Source: a virus. Taken from it: 64,000 nt of DNA. Numbering within the stretch: position 1 is the stretch's first letter; every line of letters begins with the position of its first letter. The notes under the pieces are model-generated. The model did not search any database and was not told the origin of the DNA. It was given only the letters and a program-made list of their open reading frames with translations. The translations under genes were made by a program, and so were the position numbers. The stretch is from IMG/VR virus record IMGVR_UViG_3300028920_000003; one strand, given 5' to 3'. Below, piece after piece: positions 37,340 through 45,829 of this stretch.

Positions 37340-37380
37340 ACAGCGTGGTGAAGGACAGTAGCCACGCTGTTTTTTCATTT
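37340..37380 (+). terminator. rho-independent terminator
   Basis: ACAGCGTGG-13 nt-CCACGCTGT followed by TTTTTT. Confidence 0.8.
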
Positions 37381-37399
37381 TCAACTCTAAATTAAAGCT

Positions 37400-37777
37400 A
37401 TGCAAAACCTGATAGTAACAAATAGAAAATTAAAGCCTGAATATAGGCGTAGAAACTGGTGGTGGAATAGGTTTTTTAAGAAATTCTTTCTGAAATACAG
37501 TGAGTCGGTATGGAAGAATCAAGCCTTAATAGCCTATCCTTTGACAATTGACATAGAGCTTGGAACAATGAGATATTTCTACATGAAATATGGATTTACC
37601 CATGTGTACATGAGAATTACCAAATACAATGTAATTATGGTAGCTCGTTTAACAGGCCGTGGAGACATAGTAGATTTTCTTGAAGAAGAAGATTTCTATG
37701 AGAAGACTGTGTTGATAAGAGAGGAAGATATTAAGGATCAGTTAGATAAGGAAATTTCGGAGATTATGATGAACTGA
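37400..37777 (+). CDS. hypothetical protein
   Basis: 125-aa ORF. Basic N-terminus. Confidence 0.45.
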   Translation: MQNLIVTNRKLKPEYRRRNWWWNRFFKKFFLKYSESVWKNQALIAYPLTIDIELGTMRYFYMKYGFTHVYMRITKYNVIMVARLTGRGDIVDFLEEEDFYEKTVLIREEDIKDQLDKEISEIMMN

Positions 37778-37804
37778 ATACTAATCCTTTAAATTGAAGT
37801 GCAG

Positions 37805-38122
37805 ATGGAAACCAAAAAGCCACCTTCCGTCATAGTAGTGGAATACTATGGCGATCCTACGAGAATGATTGATGACCACGATTGCGAACCTGAGTACTTG
37901 ACTGAGATCAAGAACATGAGGTTTACTGACGTTTTTGAAGCTATTAAGTTTTTATGTCAATGTAACAGTCCGATCACAACAATAGATCAGATTGTTCCTA
38001 TTGGTAAAAAGCCTAAGAATTTCAAATTTGTTCTTCCAGAGCAAAACATCAAGATCAAACACCAAGCAGATAATGCAATTGACTCTCATTTTGATCTTGA
38101 CGATATGATGGATTGGATGTGA
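37805..38122 (+). CDS. hypothetical protein
   Basis: The ORF-track call starts at GTG 37799. I prefer the in-frame ATG at 37805 (METKKPPSV...). Confidence 0.45.
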   Translation: METKKPPSVIVVEYYGDPTRMIDDHDCEPEYLTEIKNMRFTDVFEAIKFLCQCNSPITTIDQIVPIGKKPKNFKFVLPEQNIKIKHQADNAIDSHFDLDDMMDWM

Positions 38123-38360
38123 TAGCCGTAGATATCATATCCTGACAAATATTGTGGTTCCAATCTGCAAAGAAGTTTTGGCAGTTTCACTTCTTCCACC
38201 CAAGTAAACTGTCATCCCGGAGCGAAGGGATCAGTATTTATCCGAGTGAGTTAATGGTTGAAATTCCAATTCACCTCTCCTTACATATGATACAGTTGGG
38301 CATAGGTTCCGTACCTATGTATCCCTATAAAGTATAATAAACGACTGAATGATGTTAAGT

Positions 38361-38449
38361 GAAGTGATGTAATACCTTGCGATCCACTGACTATCGGCAG
38401 ATAGATTGGAAAGGATTTATACACAGAGGTTCGACTCCTCTGCGCTCCT
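38361..38449 (+). ncRNA. tRNA-like RNA, copy A (non-canonical; weaker acceptor pairing)
   Basis: T-arm AGAGG-TTCGACT-CCTCT (38425-38441) followed by GCGCTCC. The 5' GAAGTGA pairs with it at only 5 of 7 positions. A long interrupted hairpin CCTT/TCCA/CTATC-GGCA-GATAG/TGGA/AAGG replaces the D and anticodon arms. Shares GCGATCC at the same offset, and the 3' trailer TCTATGT, with copy B. Confidence 0.4.
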
Positions 38450-38458
38450 CTATGTTAT

Positions 38459-38552
38459 GAGGTGGACGGTGACGCACGATCCTGTTCTTGCCATGTAACA
38501 GTATTTAATTGTAGTTAGATCGTGTAGGAGAGTTCGACTCTCTCCCACCTCT
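38459..38552 (+). ncRNA. tRNA-like RNA, copy B (perfect acceptor stem and T-arm, aberrant core)
   Basis: 5' GAGGTGG pairs perfectly with 3' CCACCTC (7 bp). The canonical T-arm GAGAG-TTCGACT-CTCTC abuts it directly. The interior is an 8-bp stem (GCACGATC/GATCGTGT) enclosing CTGTT-10 nt-AACAG and a 16-nt loop. There is no normal D arm or 7-nt anticodon loop. Total length is 94 nt. Confidence 0.55.
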
Positions 38553-38676
38553 CTATGTAATAGAAGCTATAGGAGATTGTGCAGTGTAAGAGTAAAAATA
38601 ACTCAACACGCCTTTGTACATGGTAGACATTACATCTTGACTTTTATTTAGATGTTTAACTTAAAATTGAGAAATC

Positions 38677-39177
38677 ATGAAATGTGTTGTGACAAAATGG
38701 AATGAGAAAGAAGGAAACGAGCTGACCGCCAACGGTCTGATTCGTATCAATTCAAACAAGCCTGAATTCGGCAGCTTGATGCTGATGTCGACAGTTGTAA
38801 CCCTTTCCAACGGGTTCCTGAACAAGAGGAACAAGGTTGGATTCATCGTGGGTTCAATTGAAGACCTTGAGGCAACCATTGCCGAATACAAGCTGAGGGA
38901 AGGCTCAGATTATTCTGTTGCCGTAGCTCCCCACAGGATTGTAACTCTGGAAAAACTCGAAAGTGAACTCGGTGAAGAACTGGGTTACAGGGAGAAGATC
39001 AATCCCACCACCGGAGAGGTTCTGAAGAAGAATGGAGAGACGATCATGTGGAAAACTGAAGTCGTACCTGAGGGTAGCGATATCACCGACAGACTGATTC
39101 AGCATGACACCGATGCTGTAACTGCTGTCGATCCTGCCATTGCCGACTTCAAGGAGGCTGCTGATACCAAGAAGTAG
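38677..39177 (+). CDS. hypothetical protein (single-gene cassette, G+C-richer codons)
   Basis: 166-aa ORF between the tRNA-like RNAs and a UUCG-tetraloop terminator. Confidence 0.5.
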   Translation: MKCVVTKWNEKEGNELTANGLIRINSNKPEFGSLMLMSTVVTLSNGFLNKRNKVGFIVGSIEDLEATIAEYKLREGSDYSVAVAPHRIVTLEKLESELGEELGYREKINPTTGEVLKKNGETIMWKTEVVPEGSDITDRLIQHDTDAVTAVDPAIADFKEAADTKK

Positions 39178-39212
39178 AAGTAGCTTTTCTCTTCAAATTT
39201 CATAACTTTATA

Positions 39213-39242
39213 GGAGTGTCCCTTCGGGGATGCTCCTTTTTA
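39213..39242 (+). terminator. rho-independent terminator with UUCG tetraloop
   Basis: GGAGTGTCCC-TTCG-GGGATGCTCC (10 bp, two G:U pairs) followed by TTTTT. It lies inside the N-terminal extension of the ORF-track call 39230-41161. Confidence 0.8.
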
Positions 39243-39262
39243 ACTCTCTAATCTATAAGCTT

Positions 39263-41161
39263 ATGAAAAAGAAAGTGTGGGTCTACGACCTAGAGCAACT
39301 AGAAAACTTTCATTCAGGCGTATTTATTAACAGAGATGATATTGAGGATATAAGAGTATTTGTAATTCACGAAAGCAGAAATGACATTGATGTTTACTTC
39401 GATTTCTTAATGACTGAGGTAGCAGGACTGATTGGATTTAACAATGTAAATTATGATTACCCACTTTTACATTTCTTCATTAACACGATAGATGCGCATC
39501 GTCATGCTGGTGCAAATGTACGTGTAGCTAAGATATTAGAAATGATGCATTGGGAATCACAAAGGATTTTAAAAGAAGAATATTCAGCTATACCGGAGTG
39601 GAAAGAGATGATACCGCAATTAGATTTATTCAGGATACATCACTTCGATAACAAAGCAAAGAGAACTTCCCTTAAGGCTGTACAAATAGCTATCAACTAC
39701 CCAAACGTTCAGGATATGCCATTCGAGCATGACCATTGGGTTACAGAAGATGAGATTCCAGAGATTCTAAGCTATAATCATAATGATACCGCTTCAACTC
39801 ATAAGTTTTATCATTTAAGCGCAGACATGGTAGAATTGCGTAAGATGCTATCTGCAACTTACAATCTGCAACTAAGAAATTATAATGATCCTAAAATCGG
39901 ACAAGAGATTTTCGGTAGACAGATCGCACGAAAGAAGAATGTACACTACAATGCTGTAAAAGATTTACGGACATATCGCAGAGAGATTGATCTTGGCAAA
40001 TGTCTCCTACCTTATATATACTTTGAAAGCAAAGAACTCAGAGAGATACATGACTTCTTCAAAGAAACCACTGTATATACCACTTACAAACCATTTGAGA
40101 AATCAGCAATCTATAAAGGATTCAAGTATGATTTCGGTGTTGGTGGTATTCATGGTTGCATAGAATCAGGAGTGTATAAGTCTACAGAGGATATGCTGAT
40201 CCTCGATATTGATGTAGCAGCATATTACCCTGCTTTGGCTATACAACATGGTTTTTATCCTCAACACCTCGGACAAACATTCTCAGAGGTGTATAAGGAA
40301 TTATTCGATACCAGAATGAAAGCCAAAAAAGAAGGTAATAAGCCGGTAAATTCTGGACTTAAACTAGCATTAAATGGTGTATACGGTAAATCAAATGACC
40401 AGTATTCATTATTTTATGATCCTATGTATACCATGCGAATAACTATCAATGGTCAACTACTGCTGGCTATGCTGTCAGAATGGCTGGTTGATAGTATCAA
40501 GAATCTGACAATGCTTCAGGCCAATACCGATGGTATTACGGTTATGATCCCAAGACAAGATGAAGATGCTGTGAGAAATATCTGTCTTGCTTGGGAAAAG
40601 AGAACAGGGATGGTCCTTGAGTATGCTGAGTACAGTGATATGATTATTAGAGATGTAAATAATTATCTTGCAAGAACAACTGATGGATATATTAAACCTA
40701 AGGGTTGTTTTGAGATTATACCCACGCAGAATGGAGCAGTAGCATACAATAAGAACTGGTCCATGCGTGTAGTCCCTAAAGCACTTCATGCATATTATTT
40801 TGAAGATATACCAATTGAAGATTTTATTCGCAATCATGATAATATCTATGACTTTGGAATTGGATTTAGAGCGAGAAAAGATTGGAACATTGTTTACAGT
40901 TATATTCATAACCAGAGACAGGTCGACGACGTACAGCAACGTACAATTAGGTATTATATGTCCCGTACAGGTGGTTCACTCACGAAAAGACATAAAGAAG
41001 ATGGTAGAATAATATCATTGGAAGCAGGTAAAACGTGTAAGATATTCAACAGGTATTATGAAGCACCGATGGAAGAGTATGGTATAGATTATAACTATTA
41101 TATCGCAAGAGCAAACAGAATCAGGTATGCTGTCGATGACGGTCAACGAAAACTGTTCTAA
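39263..41161 (+). CDS. DNA polymerase, family B
   Basis: Start moved to ATG 39263 (MKKKVWVYD), downstream of the terminator. Exo motifs: YDLE, NNVNYDYPLL, YNHND. Polymerase motifs: DIDVAAYYPALA (motif A, DxxSLYPS-like), KLALNGVYGK (motif B, KxxxNSxYG-like), ANTDGI (motif C, DTD). Confidence 0.8.
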   Translation: MKKKVWVYDLEQLENFHSGVFINRDDIEDIRVFVIHESRNDIDVYFDFLMTEVAGLIGFNNVNYDYPLLHFFINTIDAHRHAGANVRVAKILEMMHWESQRILKEEYSAIPEWKEMIPQLDLFRIHHFDNKAKRTSLKAVQIAINYPNVQDMPFEHDHWVTEDEIPEILSYNHNDTASTHKFYHLSADMVELRKMLSATYNLQLRNYNDPKIGQEIFGRQIARKKNVHYNAVKDLRTYRREIDLGKCLLPYIYFESKELREIHDFFKETTVYTTYKPFEKSAIYKGFKYDFGVGGIHGCIESGVYKSTEDMLILDIDVAAYYPALAIQHGFYPQHLGQTFSEVYKELFDTRMKAKKEGNKPVNSGLKLALNGVYGKSNDQYSLFYDPMYTMRITINGQLLLAMLSEWLVDSIKNLTMLQANTDGITVMIPRQDEDAVRNICLAWEKRTGMVLEYAEYSDMIIRDVNNYLARTTDGYIKPKGCFEIIPTQNGAVAYNKNWSMRVVPKALHAYYFEDIPIEDFIRNHDNIYDFGIGFRARKDWNIVYSYIHNQRQVDDVQQRTIRYYMSRTGGSLTKRHKEDGRIISLEAGKTCKIFNRYYEAPMEEYGIDYNYYIARANRIRYAVDDGQRKLF

Positions 41162-41163
41162 TC

Positions 41164-41481
41164 GTGAGAAAGAAGAAGAAGAAATTGTCCAAGAAAGCAA
41201 AACGGGCAAACAGTGAGAGATATTTCAAATTATTAGAAACCCCTGAGTGGAAAGAAAGACGCAGAGAAATCCTTGAAAGAGATAATTACACCTGTCAAAA
41301 ATGTGGACAGCAAGGTAATGGTAAACATGATCCTCATTGTAAGCTTGACCCACCTACGGGTGCGCTTAATCCCCTGCATGTACACCATATAAGATATAAT
41401 GGTTTACCATGGGAAGCTGCTGATGAAGATATGATTACTCTCTGTAGAAACTGCCACATGGAAGAACACGGACGGATATGA
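41164..41481 (+). CDS. HNH endonuclease
   Basis: 105 aa with CQKCGQ....HVHHI......N...LCRNCH (His-Me finger with flanking Cys pairs). GTG start 3 nt after the polymerase stop. Confidence 0.7.
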   Translation: MRKKKKKLSKKAKRANSERYFKLLETPEWKERRREILERDNYTCQKCGQQGNGKHDPHCKLDPPTGALNPLHVHHIRYNGLPWEAADEDMITLCRNCHMEEHGRI

Positions 41482-41699
41482 TCAAACACAAATGGAAAGA
41501 GATAGATGCTCGTAAGCATTGTATTGAAACCCATGAGTGTGTTGTCTGTGGATGTTTTCGTGATAAGTTTTGGGAACCCGGAATGCCTTATCCTGACTTC
41601 ATTTATGTGAGAAATGGGATAATTTATACTGAAGGGAGACCGGAATGTTATCCAGATGAACCAGATTTTCAACATGCAATGGGAGAATTCAATGATTAA
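41478..41699 (+). CDS. small Cys-containing hypothetical protein
   Basis: 73-aa ORF that overlaps the HNH stop by 4 nt. Confidence 0.4.
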   Translation: MIKHKWKEIDARKHCIETHECVVCGCFRDKFWEPGMPYPDFIYVRNGIIYTEGRPECYPDEPDFQHAMGEFND

Positions 41700-41826
41700 G
41701 AGGACTAAAGAGCAGAGGTGGAGAGATGGTATGGATTGGACAATAATTATAGTCATAATCCTGATCATAGCTGCTGCCATTATAGGAGTATTAGAGAACA
41801 ATGGACACTTAAATATATTACCATGA
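41692..41826 (+). CDS. small single-pass membrane protein (44 aa)
   Basis: Hand-translated: MIKRTKEQRWRDGMDWTIIIVIILIIAAAIIGVLENNGHLNILP. Its ATG overlaps the upstream stop and its TGA overlaps the next ATG (ATGA). Below the ORF-track length cut-off. Confidence 0.3.
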   Translation: MIKRTKEQRWRDGMDWTIIIVIILIIAAAIIGVLENNGHLNILP

Positions 41827-42212
41827 GTATCACAAGAGAAGAATTCCTAGCAGTCTACAACAAGTATCCCCCCGGAAGATTTGTTGTATTTATTTACAAG
41901 CATTTCTCCAAAGAAGGGACTAACAAAGATTTAGTTCCAAAAGTCGCAATCAGCAGGATTGTGGTATGGATTCTTGCTATTTCTTTTATCATAGGTTTCG
42001 TTGGGACTGTCGTCAGTGACTTTACCGGAAAACCCATGAGAACTTTTATTGCAATACCAACCTACATTTTTGCTTTTGTGCTTGTGTCTGTTGGAGTGTG
42101 CATGTTTACTGCACGTACAATCAACAACTTAAGGATAAGGAAGATCGCAAGAAAAATGGGACTACCTTTGTACGAGTATAATAAGCTGGCAGATCAATAT
42201 TTTGAATTATAA
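41823..42212 (+). CDS. membrane protein
   Basis: Start moved from 41718 to ATG 41823 (MSITREEFLAVY...). Two hydrophobic helices (VVWILAISFIIGFVGTVV, FIAIPTYIFAFVLVSVGVCMF). Confidence 0.45.
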   Translation: MSITREEFLAVYNKYPPGRFVVFIYKHFSKEGTNKDLVPKVAISRIVVWILAISFIIGFVGTVVSDFTGKPMRTFIAIPTYIFAFVLVSVGVCMFTARTINNLRIRKIARKMGLPLYEYNKLADQYFEL

Positions 42213-42222
42213 CTAACTGATT

Positions 42223-42351
42223 ATGGCGAAAGAAAAATCTACCGTGAAAAAGATCAGACGACTTGAACAACAGTATTTCCGTTTTGAAGGAAACCCTGAA
42301 GCTCAAAGAAAGCTCGAAGGTCGTCTTGCTACCATTAAAAATACAAAATGA
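42223..42351 (+). CDS. small basic hypothetical protein (42 aa)
   Basis: Hand-translated: MAKEKSTVKKIRRLEQQYFRFEGNPEAQRKLEGRLATIKNTK. It fills an otherwise empty gap. Its stop overlaps the next ATG. Confidence 0.3.
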   Translation: MAKEKSTVKKIRRLEQQYFRFEGNPEAQRKLEGRLATIKNTK

Positions 42352-42488
42352 TGAAAGCAGATGAGAAGATTTACGAACAGGAGTATCAAAGAAGAAAGGA
42401 GGCTAAACGAAAGGGTATCTGTCCTCATTGCCATATGAAGATTTCCTCTTGTATTTGTGACGAAGCATTTAATAACTCAAAAACCTAA
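42348..42488 (+). CDS. small Cys-rich hypothetical protein (46 aa)
   Basis: Hand-translated: MMKADEKIYEQEYQRRKEAKRKGICPHCHMKISSCICDEAFNNSKT. Confidence 0.3.
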   Translation: MMKADEKIYEQEYQRRKEAKRKGICPHCHMKISSCICDEAFNNSKT

Positions 42489-42493
42489 TCTAA

Positions 42494-42748
42494 ATGATGT
42501 ATACATGGTTATCGTTCAGAGACCCTGATCTGAACCTTAACCTCGGATGCACTATTGTAAGAGCTTCTAATTTTCATGAAGCTGTAACAAAAGCGCATGA
42601 TCTGGGAATCAATCCCGGAGGAGAGGTTCTTGGTTGGAAGATGACCGAACAACAGGTCATTGCTGAGGGTTTAGAGATAGAGAGATTATATAACAGAAGC
42701 GAACTTAAACAAATGGGCTATAAGAATATTTCACAGGAAAATTTATGA
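42494..42748 (+). CDS. hypothetical protein
   Basis: 84-aa ORF. Its stop overlaps the helicase start by 4 nt. Confidence 0.45.
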   Translation: MMYTWLSFRDPDLNLNLGCTIVRASNFHEAVTKAHDLGINPGGEVLGWKMTEQQVIAEGLEIERLYNRSELKQMGYKNISQENL

Positions 42749-44082
42749 TAGATAAACTTAAAGACGAGCTACAGAGCAAGGCTTTGAAAGCATTCGTCGA
42801 TGCTGGTAGTATAGGTACATTATGTCTTGAAACCGGCACAGGTAAAAGTAGAGCAGCCACGCTGTTCATCCATGATCAGGATGATATAACAAATGTCCTG
42901 ATAACCTCACCACGAACAAACCTCAAGAAAAACTGGTATGATGAACTGGTTAAATGGGGATTTGAACCGTGGAGAGATGGATTGTGGACAATTGATTACG
43001 ATGGTGAGAGACCTTCAAGGACTCTCAATATTGAAATGGAGAATATTCAAACCTGCTATAAATGGACTGATCGTAAGTATGATTTCGTTATTCTTGACGA
43101 GATTCATACCATCATGACCCCGGAATATAGTAAGTTGCTTGAAAACAACGAGTTCAAGTATATTCTCGGATTGACTGCAACCCATGATATTACTGACGAT
43201 AATGACAAGCAAATCTATTACGATAGATTTTGTCCTATCGTATATGAGTACTACAATTCCGCAGAAGATGGTCTGATAAACAAGACCAGATTCTTTATCG
43301 TAAATCACAACCTCTCAGATGAAGACAGAATCATTGTCACATACAGAGGTAAAGACTATGAAAGAGGAGAGAAAGAGTATTACGATTATCTGACCGAAAG
43401 AATGAAGAAAGGTCAGGAACTCATGATGGCTCAAGGCTCTACTGACTGGTTCCGTGATGCAAGATTGTGGTTTTGGCAAGGCAGAGGTACAACTCAGCAG
43501 AAAGGTGCTGCTGCTGTATATATGAATGCTATTAAAGCAAGAAAGAACTTTCTGTTGAACTTACCTTCGACAGGAAGAATAGCAAAACGTATCAGTGGTG
43601 GAATCAGAGCAGAGATGCCCAACGCTAAAGTACTTGTGTTCTCTGAGTTTACAGCTCAAGCTGATAAGATCAGTAAATATACAGTTCACTCCAAGAACTC
43701 CGATAAATTGAATGCTCAGTTAATCGAGAAATTCAACGACGGAAGGATCAAGGAGCTTGGTAGCTGTAATTCTCTTACGCTTGGGTTAAATCTTGTAGGT
43801 GCAACTCATGCGATAATGGAGTCATATATTGGCTCTGCAACCAAGTCTAAACAGAAAAAGGGTAGGCTTGACAGGCTTGCTGTTGATGAACACGCTGACA
43901 TGTGGATCATCAGGGTTCCCGGAACTCAAAGCGACAAGTGGTTCAAGAATATGACTAAGAAGTTTGACTTGAGTGAAGCAGTGTATTTAAACAGCGATTT
44001 TATTTTGAGAAATGACTTCGATTATAGAAAGTCTGAAATTAAAACAAAAGTCGCTATCCCTCACGTTGGACCTGATGATTAG
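42745..44082 (+). CDS. superfamily-2 (DEAD/DEAH-type) helicase
   Basis: 445 aa. Walker A LETGTGKSRAA, DEAH-type box VILDEIH, and a later LTAT motif. Confidence 0.7.
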   Translation: MIDKLKDELQSKALKAFVDAGSIGTLCLETGTGKSRAATLFIHDQDDITNVLITSPRTNLKKNWYDELVKWGFEPWRDGLWTIDYDGERPSRTLNIEMENIQTCYKWTDRKYDFVILDEIHTIMTPEYSKLLENNEFKYILGLTATHDITDDNDKQIYYDRFCPIVYEYYNSAEDGLINKTRFFIVNHNLSDEDRIIVTYRGKDYERGEKEYYDYLTERMKKGQELMMAQGSTDWFRDARLWFWQGRGTTQQKGAAAVYMNAIKARKNFLLNLPSTGRIAKRISGGIRAEMPNAKVLVFSEFTAQADKISKYTVHSKNSDKLNAQLIEKFNDGRIKELGSCNSLTLGLNLVGATHAIMESYIGSATKSKQKKGRLDRLAVDEHADMWIIRVPGTQSDKWFKNMTKKFDLSEAVYLNSDFILRNDFDYRKSEIKTKVAIPHVGPDD

Positions 44083-44257
44083 CCTCATTGAGGTTGATTA
44101 TACTCCGGAAGAAATCCCGGATATCAGGACGTTATGCCAAATTCTTAATGAAACATTTGACACAGAGTTTACTGAGGATGACATCATCTTCAGTACTCTG
44201 TCGTCACTTGAAGAGGAGGATGTGCGACTTCAGTACAAACACCTAAATATCTCATAA
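44075..44257 (+). CDS. small acidic hypothetical protein
   Basis: Start moved to ATG 44075 (MISLIEVDYTPEE...), giving an 8-nt overlap with the helicase stop. Confidence 0.35.
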   Translation: MISLIEVDYTPEEIPDIRTLCQILNETFDTEFTEDDIIFSTLSSLEEEDVRLQYKHLNIS

Positions 44258-44259
44258 CC

Positions 44260-44874
44260 ATGATTGATCAGAGATACTTGACAATATATGAGGAGTTTCA
44301 ACCGTCGATGACTTTCTTCGAGTTTGTACTCCTGATTCTTGTCTACGAAGAACAATTTGAATTTCTGAAGATAGCATATGATGATAATTTCATGGAATTT
44401 TCAAGTGGAGTAAGACAATTGGAGACAAGTGGATTGGTCAAATGGTATGGTAAGGACCCTGAAGATATTACTTTACGAAAAGCAGGTGAAGATTTATTTA
44501 AAAAGCATGTTGGAACAAAGAAAAAGATAACTACAGCGAAGGAAGTCGGTCAGTGGATTCAGTCATGGAGGGAGATATTCCCCGAAGGTGTAAACACGGC
44601 AGGTTTCAGATACAGAGGCAATAAGGATGAAGTTATCAAGAAAATGATTAAATTTGTAAATACTCACGACTATTCCCTAGAGCAGATATTCCAAGCTACA
44701 AGAGACTACGTAGAAAGATTTTCCCTTAAAGGATATGCCTATATGCAATTAGCACACTATTTCATTGAAAAACGTGGTGTAGGCTCGACTCTAAGTGCAG
44801 AGTGTGAAGCACTTACTGAACGATCATCTAATAATAAAGAGGAAGGGAAAGATTATGGCAGAGCAATCGTCTAG
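44260..44874 (+). CDS. hypothetical replication-module protein
   Basis: 204-aa ORF directly upstream of the DnaB-like helicase. Helicase-loader/initiator candidate by position only. Confidence 0.4.
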   Translation: MIDQRYLTIYEEFQPSMTFFEFVLLILVYEEQFEFLKIAYDDNFMEFSSGVRQLETSGLVKWYGKDPEDITLRKAGEDLFKKHVGTKKKITTAKEVGQWIQSWREIFPEGVNTAGFRYRGNKDEVIKKMIKFVNTHDYSLEQIFQATRDYVERFSLKGYAYMQLAHYFIEKRGVGSTLSAECEALTERSSNNKEEGKDYGRAIV

Positions 44875-45808
44875 AATATTACCCATGTTATCCCTTGAGG
44901 AAGCAGCAAGGAAAGAATTGCGCTACATCAGGGGTAGAATGGATAATCAGATTAAATCCCTAAAGACACCGTGGAGAAAGTTTGACAAAGCAGGAATGAA
45001 CGGTATCGAATGGGGATCAATTATCACTATCGCAGGAATGTCAGGTAGTGGTAAAACTGCAATTCTCAATGAGTTGGAAAGTGGACTTTTCGCTCTTAAC
45101 CCAAATGAGAAATTTGCAGTGCTGTCATTCAATTTTGAGATGATAGCAAGAAGGCTTGTTGGTAGAAAGATTTCCAAGAAATTGCAGATGACGACTACGC
45201 AGATTTATAATGCAGATACTGAGCAACCTAACTTAAATATTAAACAAGACACTTATCAAGAAGCCGTTAATTATGCAGAAAGTATTAAGGACTTACCACT
45301 ATGGTATGTAGATATTCCCGGTACAGTAGAAGAGATCAAAAATACAATTGAGTACTTCGCTATGGGAATGGAATGTAACATAGATCGTGGAGTTCTAGTT
45401 ACTCTTGATCATTCAATATTAGTCAAGAAGTTCGGAGAGCAAAATCAAAATCAGGTGCTATATGAACTAGCTGCTATGTTTAATGAACTCAAGAAGAAAA
45501 TAAAAGCATCCTTTATTATTGTGAGTCAGTTGAATAGGGCGATTGAGGCTGTAGAAAGAATACAGAACAAGAACCTTCACTACCCACAGAAATCGGATGT
45601 TTTTGGGGCTGATGCGCTATATCAGTATTCAGATATTTTTATGATAGCACATCGTCCCGAATTGTTGAACCTCAGGGCATACGGTCCTCAGGATTTACCT
45701 GTCGAAGGAATAATATATTTCCACTTCATTAAGACTCGTGAGACCGAACCGTTTATTGCAAAAATGAGGAACAACTTGAAATACAATCAGGTCTTGGACT
45801 ATGATTGA
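44855..45808 (+). CDS. DnaB-like replicative helicase (RecA-fold C-terminal domain)
   Basis: Start moved to ATG 44855 (MAEQSSRIL...). Walker A AGMSGSGKTA, Walker B-like VLVTLDHSIL, and SQLNRAIE (DnaB SQLSR motif). Confidence 0.75.
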   Translation: MAEQSSRILPMLSLEEAARKELRYIRGRMDNQIKSLKTPWRKFDKAGMNGIEWGSIITIAGMSGSGKTAILNELESGLFALNPNEKFAVLSFNFEMIARRLVGRKISKKLQMTTTQIYNADTEQPNLNIKQDTYQEAVNYAESIKDLPLWYVDIPGTVEEIKNTIEYFAMGMECNIDRGVLVTLDHSILVKKFGEQNQNQVLYELAAMFNELKKKIKASFIIVSQLNRAIEAVERIQNKNLHYPQKSDVFGADALYQYSDIFMIAHRPELLNLRAYGPQDLPVEGIIYFHFIKTRETEPFIAKMRNNLKYNQVLDYD

Positions 45809-45829
45809 TGTCGAACGAAAACAACCATT

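Noticed and set aside
38152-38337. 61-aa ORF-track call in the gap upstream of the tRNA-like RNAs
   Set aside because: It has a non-ATG start and a low-complexity, odd composition. It lies across several strong RNA hairpins in a region I interpret as non-coding.
38219-38450. tmRNA-like or intron-containing tRNA formed by pairing GGAGCG (38219) with GCGCTCC (38442)
   Set aside because: Only 6 of 7 pairs form, there is no G3:U70 alanine identity pair, I could find no tag-like reading frame, and the length suits neither a tmRNA nor a group I intron. Homology of copy A to the 94-nt copy B favours the short form. I keep it only as an alternative in the leader finding.
38425-38552. T-arm plus acceptor 3' strands interpreted as a phage attP core (3' tRNA fragment)
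   Set aside because: No integrase or other lysogeny gene is visible in 64 kb. Copy B has its own perfectly complementary 5' acceptor strand, so it is a complete element and not a tRNA 3' fragment.
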